Shown: positions 18,400-28,725 of the stretch, piece by piece
Position numbering within the stretch: the stretch's first letter is position 1
Layout of the letters: the number at the start of each line of letters is the position of its first letter
Assembly (NCBI GenBank): GCA_910583675.1
Contig: CAJTYH010000010.1
Coordinates: 526 to 64,525 of the forward strand
Length of the DNA stretch: 64,000 bases
Reading direction: 5' to 3'
Source of the DNA: an uncultured Muribaculaceae bacterium
Lineage (GTDB): Bacteria > Bacteroidota > Bacteroidia > Bacteroidales > Muribaculaceae
Program-made: the position numbers and the translations under genes
The notes under the pieces: generated by a model
Told to the model about the DNA's origin: nothing
The model's input: the letters and a program-made list of their open reading frames with translations, nothing else
Databases searched by the model: none

Positions 18400-19670
18400 T
18401 TGTGTCTGTAATAAAGAATTGTCTGGAGGGTGCCTCTGAGGAAAAGGTAGGCGATGAAGGCAAGCCAGAGGGCATGGTTGCCCATAGTGTTGAAAAGCGA
18501 GAGATATATGATGAAAAAGGCGGCCATGGAAACGGCCATGGAGAGGAGCAGCTGCCGGGTGAGGGTGGCTCCGATGAACACCCCGTCCCAGGCAAAAGCG
18601 GCAAATCCCGCAAAGGGGACTGAAACCGCCCACAGGTAATATTCGCGTGACGAGGCTATGACTTCACGGTCGGAGGAGAGCAGCGCGAGAAATCCCTCAC
18701 CGCCGAAGAAATACAATGCCGTGAATAGCGCTGCCCATGCTGTCCCCCACAGCAGGAGGCGCTTGGAGCAAAGGTGCAGGGAGGCGAAATCGCGTGCACC
18801 GACATAGCGTCCGGCCAATGCCTCCCCGGCGAATGCGAAACCGTCCATCATGTATGAGAAGAGCAGGAACAGCTGCATCAGCAGGGTATTGACGGCGAGT
18901 ATCACCGCTCCCTGCGATGCACCGGTCTTGGTGAACCATACGGTAACGGTGATGAGGCATGCAGTGCGGAGCATCATGTCGGCATTGACCTTGAAGAAGC
19001 GCCTCAGTTCACCCCCGCGCATGATATGTTGCCATATCGGGCGGCTGATGTCGTAGCGCCGCAAGAGCCATAGCCCGGTTGCGAAACCGATCCATTGCGC
19101 GGCCAATGTGCCGCATGCCACACCCTCTATCTGCCATCCCAGGCCATAGACGAGGGAAAGGCTCACGGCGATGTTCACCACGTTTATCACCACTGAAGTA
19201 ACCATGAGCATGCGCGAGTTCTGCATGCCGAGGAACCATCCCGAAAGTGCGTATGTGCCCAATACAGCCGGTGCGCCGTAGATGAGTATGGTGAAATAGC
19301 GCCAGGCCAGCAGTCCTGTGGAGGGATCGGGGTCTACGAACTGCCTCAGCAGCCATCTCAGCGGCCACTGGAGCAGGATCATGGCCGCTCCTACGGCACC
19401 GGCCACCATCAGCGAGCGGTAGAGTGCAAGGGCGCATCCCTCCCGGCTTCCGGCACCGTATGCCTGCGCGGTAAGAGCCGATGTGCCGCCGCGCAGGAAG
19501 CCGAAAAGCCAGTAAAGCATATTGAACATCACCCCTCCCACGGCTATCGCACCGATGTAGACGGCACTTCCCATGTGGCCTACTATGGCCGTGTCCACGA
19601 GTCCGAGCAGGGGGGTGGTGATGTTGGCTATGATCGATGGTATGGCAAGCGCGAGTATCTTCCGGTTCAC
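18390..19670 (-). CDS. MATE family efflux transporter (DinF-like)
   Basis: LAIPSIIANITTPLLGLVDTAIVGH; multiple TM segments. Confidence 0.92.
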   Translation of the reverse strand: MNRKILALAIPSIIANITTPLLGLVDTAIVGHMGSAVYIGAIAVGGVMFNMLYWLFGFLRGGTSALTAQAYGAGSREGCALALYRSLMVAGAVGAAMILLQWPLRWLLRQFVDPDPSTGLLAWRYFTILIYGAPAVLGTYALSGWFLGMQNSRMLMVTSVVINVVNIAVSLSLVYGLGWQIEGVACGTLAAQWIGFATGLWLLRRYDISRPIWQHIMRGGELRRFFKVNADMMLRTACLITVTVWFTKTGASQGAVILAVNTLLMQLFLLFSYMMDGFAFAGEALAGRYVGARDFASLHLCSKRLLLWGTAWAALFTALYFFGGEGFLALLSSDREVIASSREYYLWAVSVPFAGFAAFAWDGVFIGATLTRQLLLSMAVSMAAFFIIYLSLFNTMGNHALWLAFIAYLFLRGTLQTILYYRHKWI

Positions 19671-21697
19671 GGTTTCTTTACCCTGCAGCTGTCATACCAG
19701 AGGTATCCGATAAGGAGCAGGTAGGCGATGATGCCGTAAACCTGGAGCATGCCGGCGGATACGCCGCACTGGTACTCGAATCCGAAGAAGCGTGTGAGGG
19801 CGGCGAACACACCGAAAAGTGCGCCACCGGCGATGAGACCTGATGCGATGAGCGTACCCCGGTCGCGACGCAGGTCGTTTACAGCCTTGTCCTTGGAGCT
19901 GTGGCTTACGAAATAGGCTATCGCTCCTCCCACAAGCAGCGGGGTATTGAGCGACAGGGGTATGAACATCCCGAGGCAGAATGCGAGTGCCGGCACCCCG
20001 AGCCAGTTGAGGAGCAGGGCGAGGATAACGCCTGTCATATAGAGGATCCAAGGTGTCTCGCCTCCCATCATCAGCGGTTCTATTACCTTTGCCATTGCAT
20101 TGGCCTGAGGCGCGACGAGGGCATTGTCGCCCGTGAATCCGTAGACCTGGTTCAGCACGAGGATTACCCCCCCGACGGTGGCGGCGGATACCAGTGTGCC
20201 GAGGAATTTCCACTGCTCCTGCTTGCGGGGCGTGGAACCGAGCCAGTAGCCGACCTTGAGGTCGGTGACGAACCCGCCGGCCATGGACAGGGCGGTGCAG
20301 ACAACGCCGCCGATGACCATCGAGGCGACGATGCCGGAAGGCCCTTTGAGGCCGATTGCCACGAAGATGGCCGAGGCCACGATAAGTGTCATGAGCGTCA
20401 TGCCGCTCACAGGATTGGAGCCTACGATGGCTATGGCGTTGGCTGCGACGGTGGTGAAGAGGAAGGCGATGACGGTAACCACGATCCATGCCACCAGAGC
20501 CTGCCACCAGTTATTGATCACACCGAACCAGAAGAAAAGCAGGACGGCCACAAGCGCTATGGCGATGAAGAACACGATGTGCTTCATGGAGATGTCCCAC
20601 TGCCAGCGCACCGGCTTGGCATCTGTGGCGGCTCCACCCTTGAATTCGCGTCCGGCAAGTCCCACGGCCTGACGGATTATAGGCCAGGACTTGACGATGC
20701 CGATGACACCGGCCATGGCTATGCCTCCGATGCCTATCATGCGTGCATAGTTGGAGAAAATGTCCTGCGACGACATTGCGGCGATGGTCTCGTTGCCGTA
20801 TGTGCCCATCAGGGGTATCAGAACCCACCACACGAAGAATGAGCCGGCACAGATGATGAAGGCGTAACGCAGTCCGATGATGTATCCCAGTCCGAGCACG
20901 GCGGCACCTGTGTTGCAGCTGAGCACGAGCTTGGTCTTTTCGGCCAGCGTCGCACCCCATGAGCTTACGACGGTGTTGAGCGTGCCGGCCCAGAATCCGA
21001 AAGTCTCCACCACGAAGTCGTATATGCCGCCGATAAGCGATGCAATGACGAGTGTCTTGGCCTGTGAGCCACCCTGTGCCCCTGCACTTTGTCCGGATGC
21101 GAGCACCTGAGTTGTGGCGGTAGCTTCAGGGAAAGGATACTTCCCGTGCATGTCCTTTACGAAATATTTTCGGAAAGGAATGAAGAACAGTATGCCGAGG
21201 ATACCTCCCAGCAGTGAGCTGAGGAAGATCTGAAAGAAGCTGACTGTTATTTCGGGATATTTGTCCTGAAGGATGTAGAGTGCAGGCAATGTGAATATGG
21301 CACCGGCCACTATCACGCCTGAACATGCTCCGATGGACTGTATGATCACGTTCTGACCCAGGGCATCCTTCTTGCGGAGCGCTCCCGAAAGCCCCACAGC
21401 GATTATGGCAATCGGTATGGCGGCCTCAAAAACCTGACCGACCTTCAGGCCGAGATAGGCGGCAGCGGCGCTGAATATGACGCACAGGACAAGTCCCATT
21501 GTCACTGAGTATGCGGTAACCTCCTTGTACTGTCTCGCCGGATGCATCATCGGGCGATAAGGCTCGTCTTCGGCAAGTTCCCGGAAAGCGTTTTCCGGAA
21601 GTTCCACCGGATCGGTATCGGTGTACACGCCGGCGCTCCCTCCGGTATCCTTACCGGCAGCTGCGCGCAGTTCCATTTCGTCGTTTACTTTTTTCAT
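19667..21697 (-). CDS. OPT family oligopeptide transporter
   Basis: YLGLKVGQVFEAAIP, FPEATAT, NPVSGMTL, APQANAM. Confidence 0.92.
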   Translation of the reverse strand: MKKVNDEMELRAAAGKDTGGSAGVYTDTDPVELPENAFRELAEDEPYRPMMHPARQYKEVTAYSVTMGLVLCVIFSAAAAYLGLKVGQVFEAAIPIAIIAVGLSGALRKKDALGQNVIIQSIGACSGVIVAGAIFTLPALYILQDKYPEITVSFFQIFLSSLLGGILGILFFIPFRKYFVKDMHGKYPFPEATATTQVLASGQSAGAQGGSQAKTLVIASLIGGIYDFVVETFGFWAGTLNTVVSSWGATLAEKTKLVLSCNTGAAVLGLGYIIGLRYAFIICAGSFFVWWVLIPLMGTYGNETIAAMSSQDIFSNYARMIGIGGIAMAGVIGIVKSWPIIRQAVGLAGREFKGGAATDAKPVRWQWDISMKHIVFFIAIALVAVLLFFWFGVINNWWQALVAWIVVTVIAFLFTTVAANAIAIVGSNPVSGMTLMTLIVASAIFVAIGLKGPSGIVASMVIGGVVCTALSMAGGFVTDLKVGYWLGSTPRKQEQWKFLGTLVSAATVGGVILVLNQVYGFTGDNALVAPQANAMAKVIEPLMMGGETPWILYMTGVILALLLNWLGVPALAFCLGMFIPLSLNTPLLVGGAIAYFVSHSSKDKAVNDLRRDRGTLIASGLIAGGALFGVFAALTRFFGFEYQCGVSAGMLQVYGIIAYLLLIGYLWYDSCRVKKP

Positions 21698-21772
21698 ATG
21701 CTGGTGATAAAAATTGTCAATTACCAAGCATCCATTACAAATGGGTAATTGCTAATTACTAATTTTTAATTA

Positions 21773-22114
21773 CTAATTGTTTAAGGCTCTGCTGAGGATG
21801 TCGAACCGTTCGACTATTATTTCCGTGATGTTGCGCTTTATAGCATTGGAATCCTGCCATGTGCGTGTGCGCAGTTTCCCTTCAAGATATAGCTTCGTGC
21901 CCTTGGTGATGTACCTTTCCGCAGTCCTGGCAAAGTCGTCCCACATGATGATGTTGTGCCATTCGGTGATCTCGGGAACATGCTCCCCCTTCGGGGAGGT
22001 ATATGCCGGTTCCGATGTGGCCAGGGTGAAGCGCACATATGGGCGGTCTCCGATGAAATTCATCTCGGGATTCCTGCCGACGTTGCCCACTAAAATCACT
22101 TTGTTGACAGACAT
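21773..22114 (-). CDS. ssb: Single-stranded DNA-binding protein (short, no acidic tail)
   Basis: SVNKVILVGNVG, LATSE, TEWHNI, LEGKLRTRTW. Confidence 0.9.
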   Translation of the reverse strand: MSVNKVILVGNVGRNPEMNFIGDRPYVRFTLATSEPAYTSPKGEHVPEITEWHNIIMWDDFARTAERYITKGTKLYLEGKLRTRTWQDSNAIKRNITEIIVERFDILSRALNN

Positions 22115-22215
22115 TGCGGTATGATGTTTGACTGTATAAGGCTTATGGATTCATATAAAATCCTATGATTTGCAAAGATAGTCATGTTTCTGCAAACAAA
22201 TGCCATAAGAAAGGG

Positions 22216-23700
22216 TTAAAAAACTTTTTCCTTTTTCAGCAGGTATGTCAGCAGTTCCCGTTGCACCTTGCTTCCCATCAGGAAATTGCAGCCGCAATAT
22301 ATGGCAAGCCCCGTGACGCACTGTGCTCCGAGCAGCATCCAGGGGTCTTCAATGACAAGGCTCTCGGAAAACATGACCATGGAGGCCAGCAGCGTAAGAG
22401 CGCCATAGGGCACGTTGTCGCCTATGAATCCGATGACATTGCGGCCTACGATGGCGGATGTGCGGTAGGCCATTACTCCCCAAGTGATAGCTGAGGCGGC
22501 TACCTGTCCCCACAGCAGTATGTTTATTCCCGCCACAGGATCCGTATCGGTGGAATATGCTATCAGCGGGAATGCGGCGACAAGGAACACCACGGCTGTT
22601 ATGTCGCGCAGGGCTTCCATGCGCACTACTTCACGTGTGCGAGCCAGGGCTATCAGGTAATTGTTGTATAGAGCCACGAGCACAGTGAATACCCCCCTTA
22701 GCAGCAATAGCCGGAACAGCGGTATCGAGTTGTCCCATTTCGTGCCGAAAAGGCAGTGGAAGACCGGGGTGGCGCATACGATCAGGAATCCCATGGAAGG
22801 GAGCACCAGATAGGCGGTGAACCGGTTCATCTTTGTGCTTACTCGGATGAATCGCTCCCTGTCATCCTGCACATGCGACAGCCCGGGCAGAAAGGCCGAC
22901 GTTACTGTCTGTGAAATCGTGGTGATACCCATTTTGCTCCATTTGTCTGCCTGGGTGTAATCACCGAGGGACACCAGTCCGGCGCGGTTGCCGATGAGAA
23001 AGCCGTAAATGTTCTGGAAAAGGGTGTTCAGGAATGAAGTGGCCATCATTCCGGATCCCACGCTGAAAAACTTGCGGAGGGAATCCATGGAAAAACGCCA
23101 CAGCGGGCGCCATCCGGTAGTGAGCCACAGCACAAGGCTCTTGACCCCGTTTATCACTATCGCCTGCCATACGAGTGCCCATGCACCGTAGCCGGTCAGT
23201 GCCAGGGTAATCCCTGTAATGGATCCCGCAAGAAGCCCTATGGCGTTTGAGGCAGCGACCATGCGCACGTCCATCAGTTTCATCAGGCGGTTTGTCTGCA
23301 CGATTGCCGAGGCGTTCAGTATGAAGCTCAGAAACATTACCCTGGAGAGGGGAACCAGACGGGGATCGGATTCAAAACAGAGCGCTATAAGCGGTGCGCA
23401 GAAAAACAGGATGATGTATATGGCCGTGGCCATGGCCATGTTGAACCACAAGACGGTGGAATAGTCAAGGCGCGAGGGACGTTTGCGCTGTATGAGCGCA
23501 TAAGAGAAACCGCTGTCAACGAACAACGATGCAAATGCCTGGAATACAAGGATGGCTCCTACAAGACCGAAATCTTTTTTTGTGAGGATGTTTGCCAGTA
23601 TGACCCCGGTGACACCGTAGAGGATTTGCGATGCGACCCTGTCGATCAAGTTCCACTTGACCGAATTGGCTGTCATCTGTTTCAGGCCGGCTCTTCTCAA
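22216..23700 (-). CDS. Polysaccharide flippase (Wzx/WzxC-like)
   Basis: DFGLVG, DSGFSYALIQRK, FGTKW; polytopic membrane protein. Confidence 0.88.
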   Translation of the reverse strand: MRRAGLKQMTANSVKWNLIDRVASQILYGVTGVILANILTKKDFGLVGAILVFQAFASLFVDSGFSYALIQRKRPSRLDYSTVLWFNMAMATAIYIILFFCAPLIALCFESDPRLVPLSRVMFLSFILNASAIVQTNRLMKLMDVRMVAASNAIGLLAGSITGITLALTGYGAWALVWQAIVINGVKSLVLWLTTGWRPLWRFSMDSLRKFFSVGSGMMATSFLNTLFQNIYGFLIGNRAGLVSLGDYTQADKWSKMGITTISQTVTSAFLPGLSHVQDDRERFIRVSTKMNRFTAYLVLPSMGFLIVCATPVFHCLFGTKWDNSIPLFRLLLLRGVFTVLVALYNNYLIALARTREVVRMEALRDITAVVFLVAAFPLIAYSTDTDPVAGINILLWGQVAASAITWGVMAYRTSAIVGRNVIGFIGDNVPYGALTLLASMVMFSESLVIEDPWMLLGAQCVTGLAIYCGCNFLMGSKVQRELLTYLLKKEKVF

Positions 23701-23742
23701 TGGTGTTATGCGTGAATGTGATAATGCGTCGGGTGCGGTCGG

Positions 23743-24552
23743 TTATTTTTTCGCTTCTTTTTCTTTCGTGTCGGTCGATGCGTCCTCGGGTTGGGGCGTA
23801 TTTCCCGTCCATTCCATCCCTTCAAGTGTGTAGATCTTTACACCCATGGAGTAATTCTTTATTTTCGGCTTCCCACGGTAATATAGTTTTCCTGCCATGA
23901 CACCTTTCACTTTCAGCTGATTCGTGGCCCAACATCCTGTGGTACCGGTACCGAAAAAATGCACGCTGACTTTCTCCGCCTCAAGGTTGTCCGCCTGTAT
24001 GGTGCCTGTGCCGGTGTTGCTTAGGGTTGCGTTCTGGCATTTGCCTGACATTACAAGGGTGCCGTTGCCGGTCTTGATGGAGCCGTCTACCTTCTCGCAT
24101 TCAAGGTCTCGCACTACCAGCCTGCCGTTGCCTATAACCGTAGCCTTTATCTCCATTGTGGGTCGCACATCAAGAACCCGCACGGTGGAGTCGCCGGCGT
24201 TGCGCACATCCTTAAGGAACCGGGAATAGACGGTGATGGTGGGAAGTCCCTCGTCAAGTGATCCTTCCGGCCTGAACGGTTTCTCTATGCTCAGTCTCCC
24301 TTTGTTGTTGTTCTCGAATATGATCTTGTCGGCAAGGTCGGGAGTGGTCACGAATACAGCCAGCCCTGCTGAGTCGTGGCTGCACTTATAGTCTACGTTG
24401 TAGCTGTTCTCTATGTCAAGGCTTGTGAAGTCGCCTACCTTGACCTCGTATCTTTTTGTTGTCTGTGGTTTGCCGGTGGTTTCAGCGCTTGCCCCGCAGA
24501 CTGATGCGAGGAACATGAGCGCCACCAAAACCTGTGTTGTAACTGTCTTCAT
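23743..24552 (-). CDS. DUF2807 / head-GIN domain protein
   Basis: Signal peptide, VGDFTSLDI, repeated G-x-G beta-helix motifs, YYRGKP. Confidence 0.8.
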   Translation of the reverse strand: MKTVTTQVLVALMFLASVCGASAETTGKPQTTKRYEVKVGDFTSLDIENSYNVDYKCSHDSAGLAVFVTTPDLADKIIFENNNKGRLSIEKPFRPEGSLDEGLPTITVYSRFLKDVRNAGDSTVRVLDVRPTMEIKATVIGNGRLVVRDLECEKVDGSIKTGNGTLVMSGKCQNATLSNTGTGTIQADNLEAEKVSVHFFGTGTTGCWATNQLKVKGVMAGKLYYRGKPKIKNYSMGVKIYTLEGMEWTGNTPQPEDASTDTKEKEAKK

Positions 24553-25574
24553 GCTGTCGTCTCGTCGTAAATGTCCTGTGAGGTGTCGGCGGTTTCATGC
24601 CGTAAGGTTTCCACCTCGTCTATTATTCCAAAAAGTTCCTCCTTGGTATTGGCACGCAGCATTTTGATGCGTGTCTCCCGGAAAAACGGGATCCCCTTGA
24701 AGAGGGCGCTCACGGCCAGATGTCGGCGTATGTGGAGTATACCTCTGTATTCGTCTATCCGGTCTATGCTTTCGTCTATTTGCCGCCGCAGTATCCCGAA
24801 CTTCCGGTGAAGCGACAGCGGTTCCGGTACGTGTCCGTGGAGCAGCGTCTGTTTCATGTCGTGGAATATCCATGGATTGCCTATGGCGGCTCTACCTACC
24901 ATCACCCCGTCGACTCCGTATCGGTCGAAGGCTTCCACCAGTCGTTGCGGTGTTGTTATGTCACCGTTGCCTATTACAGGAATGTGCAGCCGTGGATTCT
25001 CCTTTACGCGTGCTATCATCTCCCAGTCGGCTTCGCCGGTATACATCTGCGAACGGGTACGGCCATGGACTGTTATGGCCTGTATGCCGCAGTCCTGTAG
25101 CTGCTCGGCAAGTTCCACGATTATCTTCTGGTTGTGATCCCACCCAAGGCGTGTCTTGACCGTCACAGGGAGCTTTACAGCCTTTACCACCTCGCGGGTG
25201 ATCTCAAGCATCTTGGGTATGTCGCGGAGCATTCCGGCTCCCGCACCTTTTCCCGCCACTTTCTTTACCGGGCAGCCGAAATTTATGTCAATGAGGTCGG
25301 GGCGGGCTTCCTCCACTATCCTGGCCGCTTCCACCATCGGCTCCACCTCGCGTCCGTAAATCTGGATGGCTGTTGGGCGTTCGGCGGCTTCTATGTGTAG
25401 CTTGCGTGTGGTTGCGGCGATGTTGCGTATGAGTGCGTCTGCCGATACGAATTCCGAGTATGTCATGTCGGCTCCCAGTTCCTTGCATATGAGCCGGAAT
25501 GACTGATCTGTTACATCTTCCATCGGAGCCAGCATCACAGGCCTCTCTCCAAGTTCGATATTTCCGATGCGCAT
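24549..25574 (-). CDS. dusB: tRNA dihydrouridine synthase DusB
   Basis: LAPMEDVTD, DINFGCP, VTVKTRLG, VHGRT, GNGDI. Confidence 0.95.
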   Translation of the reverse strand: MRIGNIELGERPVMLAPMEDVTDQSFRLICKELGADMTYSEFVSADALIRNIAATTRKLHIEAAERPTAIQIYGREVEPMVEAARIVEEARPDLIDINFGCPVKKVAGKGAGAGMLRDIPKMLEITREVVKAVKLPVTVKTRLGWDHNQKIIVELAEQLQDCGIQAITVHGRTRSQMYTGEADWEMIARVKENPRLHIPVIGNGDITTPQRLVEAFDRYGVDGVMVGRAAIGNPWIFHDMKQTLLHGHVPEPLSLHRKFGILRRQIDESIDRIDEYRGILHIRRHLAVSALFKGIPFFRETRIKMLRANTKEELFGIIDEVETLRHETADTSQDIYDETTA

Positions 25575-25658
25575 GTGGTGGTAAGGGAAGTCAAGAAATT
25601 TAGAAATAAGAAATTTAGAATGCAAGAAATGAGAAATTGAGAATTTCCTCCTCTGCTG

Positions 25659-26444
25659 TCAGTTTTCAGGGAACTTGCGGTAATATTCCTCAAGGAGATT
25701 GCGGATGTTGAAGTAGTATGTCGCGTTTTCCTTTCCCTTGCTTCCGCGCTTTTCGACTTCTATACGGTCGAAGTATGGTTCTTCGTATTCCTGGTTCTTT
25801 GCCACTGAGTTTTGGAAATTTATTATGTTGTATTCGTGCCGGGGATCTATCACGTACCAGGCGTTTTCCTTGTCTGCGCCTGTGCCTGAGGAAATTATTG
25901 CCTGGAGAAGATGGTTAAGGCGGTATTGCCAGATGCTTGCCAGATTCACCTTACCTCGTGCACGCAGGGCATATATGAGGAAGTTCATCTGGGAGAGGTT
26001 GAACGGGTTGTCGGCCAATGCCTCCTTCGCATATGCTATGATGGAATCAAGTTCAGCACGTGTATGTCCTTCCTTGTAGTACAGGCTTTCATTCTTGGTG
26101 GAGACTTCCGAGTGACGGTACGGATTGAAATCCTCCTGAAAAAGATATCCGTAATATAGGTGACGGTAGTCGTTGAGGTTCATGACGGTTTCGTTCTTCT
26201 CATAGCGCTCCATAAGTGCGGGATAGTAGTAGGGCGACTTGGGGTCAAGAACCTCGGCTTTTATCTGATCCAGGTCAGGCTTTTCGGGAGCAGCCTTTTT
26301 ATCTGCAGGTTTTACCGCCGGTCGTGGATTTGATGGTGCCGTAGGGCGTGGTGGCACCGTCCGTTGTGATGTGGTGCGGGCATTAGCTCCGGTACACATC
26401 GCAACTGTTACAAGTGCCAGTATGTAATATAATATTCTTTTCAT
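25659..26444 (-). CDS. DUF4919 domain protein
   Basis: SPYYYPALM, YRHLYYGY, IISSGTG..ENAWYVI...EY. Confidence 0.75.
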   Translation of the reverse strand: MKRILYYILALVTVAMCTGANARTTSQRTVPPRPTAPSNPRPAVKPADKKAAPEKPDLDQIKAEVLDPKSPYYYPALMERYEKNETVMNLNDYRHLYYGYLFQEDFNPYRHSEVSTKNESLYYKEGHTRAELDSIIAYAKEALADNPFNLSQMNFLIYALRARGKVNLASIWQYRLNHLLQAIISSGTGADKENAWYVIDPRHEYNIINFQNSVAKNQEYEEPYFDRIEVEKRGSKGKENATYYFNIRNLLEEYYRKFPEN

Positions 26445-26477
26445 CTTGGGCTGCACATTATAAGTGAGACAGGCTCG

Positions 26478-26960
26478 TCACGTATTGACGAGCAGTTGGG
26501 CCAGCGCTTTTCCGGCAAGGGTCATTGTAACTATCGCCGGAAGGCCTGTAGACAGTACCATACCCCATAGCTTCCCTGGGGCAGTCCGTCCGGAGGGTGT
26601 GCGGCTCCATGCTAGTCCTCCGAGTATGGCGCCTATGGCTGATCCGATTATCATGCCGCTCTGCCCCAATGTAAGACCGGCGAGCATCCCTGCCAGGGCA
26701 CCCCCGGTTATGTAGTAGCGTGCAGGAGTCTGTCCGTGTGGGATGCGGTCTCCGCCTGCCATGCTGATCCCGCATACGATTATTACGGCAATCGCCCAGA
26801 ACAGCAGCGTGCGTTGGGAGAGGGAGGCTCCGTATCCGCTGTATGACAAGGAGATTATTCCCGCATATGCCGCAACAGCTCCGGCTGAGGGATGCCGGAA
26901 CGCTTCTACTATTCCGACGCTCAGCAGTATTACGCCTGTTATGAGCAAAAATGTTGCCAT
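26478..26960 (-). CDS. Membrane protein, DUF456-like
   Basis: Hydrophobic, GGALAGMLAG..GMIIGSAIGAILG. Confidence 0.55.
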   Translation of the reverse strand: MATFLLITGVILLSVGIVEAFRHPSAGAVAAYAGIISLSYSGYGASLSQRTLLFWAIAVIIVCGISMAGGDRIPHGQTPARYYITGGALAGMLAGLTLGQSGMIIGSAIGAILGGLAWSRTPSGRTAPGKLWGMVLSTGLPAIVTMTLAGKALAQLLVNT

Positions 26961-27331
26961 TAATCAATGCTTTTATGAAGGGTTATTGCCGGCTGTGACC
27001 GGAGAAATATGCCCGAAAGTGGACGGCATCAGCTGTGCCATGCACATTCAACTGTAATATCAGAACATCCCTGTGGAGCATGTGGCCTTTTCTGGCATCA
27101 CAAATTTAAGTTTTTTCGGACAATCGCCCGCTATCTTTATTATTTCTTCACACTTTTTCCCTAATCTTAAGGTGCTATGAAGCATGCAGACAGGGGGATA
27201 ATATGCATGCCATCGAAGTGTTAAATGAAGAATTAAATTTTTTGTATGAATATAAAAATTACGTAAATTTGCATGTGCCCAACAAACAGTTTATAGCGTC
27301 CGGACGCTATAGGTGTATATTGATTGTGACC

Positions 27332-27859
27332 ATGCAGAAGGAATTTGGGAAGATTTTCAAAACCTATTTCGCACCGGTGAAAAACTTCGTCAGGAAGTTG
27401 GTAAAGTCTGAGGATGATGCTGAGGATATCGCACAAGATGTGTTCACTCAACTTTGGGCCAAGCCGGATGTGTGGCGTGACAATCCGGAAATAGACAAGT
27501 ACATCTACCGTATGGCTCGCTATCAGGCGCTTGATTTCATAAAAGCGCATGTTCGCAATACTGAGCGGGGATTGGTGGATGCACCGTTGCATGAGGTGGA
27601 GACGATCAGCTCGGGTCTTTCCACGGTCGACCCGATAATTCGCGAAGAGGCGGAATTGCTGTTGCGCATGGCTCTTGACAAGATGCCTGAGAAGCGCCGC
27701 GAGATATTCTGCATGTCGCGTTTCGACGAATTGAGCCACAAGGAGATAGCCGAACGTCTCGGCCTGTCGGTGCGCACGGTGGAGAGTCACATCTACAGTG
27801 CCGTGGCGGCGTTGAAGTCCGTATTCCCTCGGCATGAGAAATCCATGAAGGTGTCATAG
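27332..27859 (+). CDS. ECF RNA polymerase sigma-70 factor
   Basis: DAEDIAQDVFTQLW (region 2), MPEKRREIFCMSRF..SHKEIAERLGLSVRTVESHI (region 4). Confidence 0.9.
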   Translation: MQKEFGKIFKTYFAPVKNFVRKLVKSEDDAEDIAQDVFTQLWAKPDVWRDNPEIDKYIYRMARYQALDFIKAHVRNTERGLVDAPLHEVETISSGLSTVDPIIREEAELLLRMALDKMPEKRREIFCMSRFDELSHKEIAERLGLSVRTVESHIYSAVAALKSVFPRHEKSMKVS

Positions 27860-28711
27860 TGGCTTTCCAAGCGGCGCACGGCGTATGTATGGTTCCGGAA
27901 GATTCCGGTCTTTGGCCACGTCTCTCAGCTGTTCGCTGAAATATGCCGCTATCGAGCCTGTGAATTTCAACGGCAGTAGTTGTGGTGAAAGCAGCGGGTA
28001 GCGGTTGTAGTAGAGCATTATATTGCGGTCGAAAAACAAGTTGAATCCCCGTGTCACAATTTCCTTTATGTAAGTATGGGAGATATGTGCGCTCAAGAAT
28101 GGCGCGAATGAGGCCAGGAAGCGGTTCGGGGCGATGTCGTCTGCCGTCGGACGGTATATGCGGCGTATCAGTTCGTCGTACCCGTAGGGGTACAGCCTAT
28201 GGAATTCGTTTGTAAGATCCTCAGGCAGCATCTTTTTGAGAATGTCAGCTACCAAAGTTTTGCCGAGCCACGCGCCTGAGCCTTCGTCGCCGAGCAGATA
28301 TCCGAGCGGTGGCACATTGTCTATTATCTTTTCCCCGTCGTAAAGGCATGAGTTCGCTCCCGTACCGAGGATGCAGACTATCGCGCTTTCCCCTTCGGAC
28401 ATGGCTCGGCATGCCCCAAGCATGTCGCTTTCCACGGTGATGTCAGTGGCATGAGGCAGCGCGTTCACGATGGCGCATCTCATCGCGCTGCAAGCTTCCC
28501 CTCGGCATCCGGCTCCATAATATTCAACCTTTCCGATCAGTTGCGGGTGCTGCAATTGCGGAACCAGATGCTTCCTTAGGATGGAAAGCAGGGTTTCGGC
28601 AGACATTGTCGCGGGGTTCATTCCGGGAGTGAAGAGGTCAATGCTATGTCTTTCCCCATCGTAGAGCACCCAATGCACTTTGGTGCTTCCGCCGTCGGCA
28701 ATAAGTCTCAT
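27854..28711 (-). CDS. BadF/BadG-type sugar kinase (MurNAc/GlcNAc kinase, MurK-like)
   Basis: LIADGGSTK, YYGAGC, CILGTGANS, LGDEGSGA. Confidence 0.85.
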   Translation of the reverse strand: MRLIADGGSTKVHWVLYDGERHSIDLFTPGMNPATMSAETLLSILRKHLVPQLQHPQLIGKVEYYGAGCRGEACSAMRCAIVNALPHATDITVESDMLGACRAMSEGESAIVCILGTGANSCLYDGEKIIDNVPPLGYLLGDEGSGAWLGKTLVADILKKMLPEDLTNEFHRLYPYGYDELIRRIYRPTADDIAPNRFLASFAPFLSAHISHTYIKEIVTRGFNLFFDRNIMLYYNRYPLLSPQLLPLKFTGSIAAYFSEQLRDVAKDRNLPEPYIRRAPLGKPL

Positions 28712-28725
28712 ATGGCGAGAATTGG

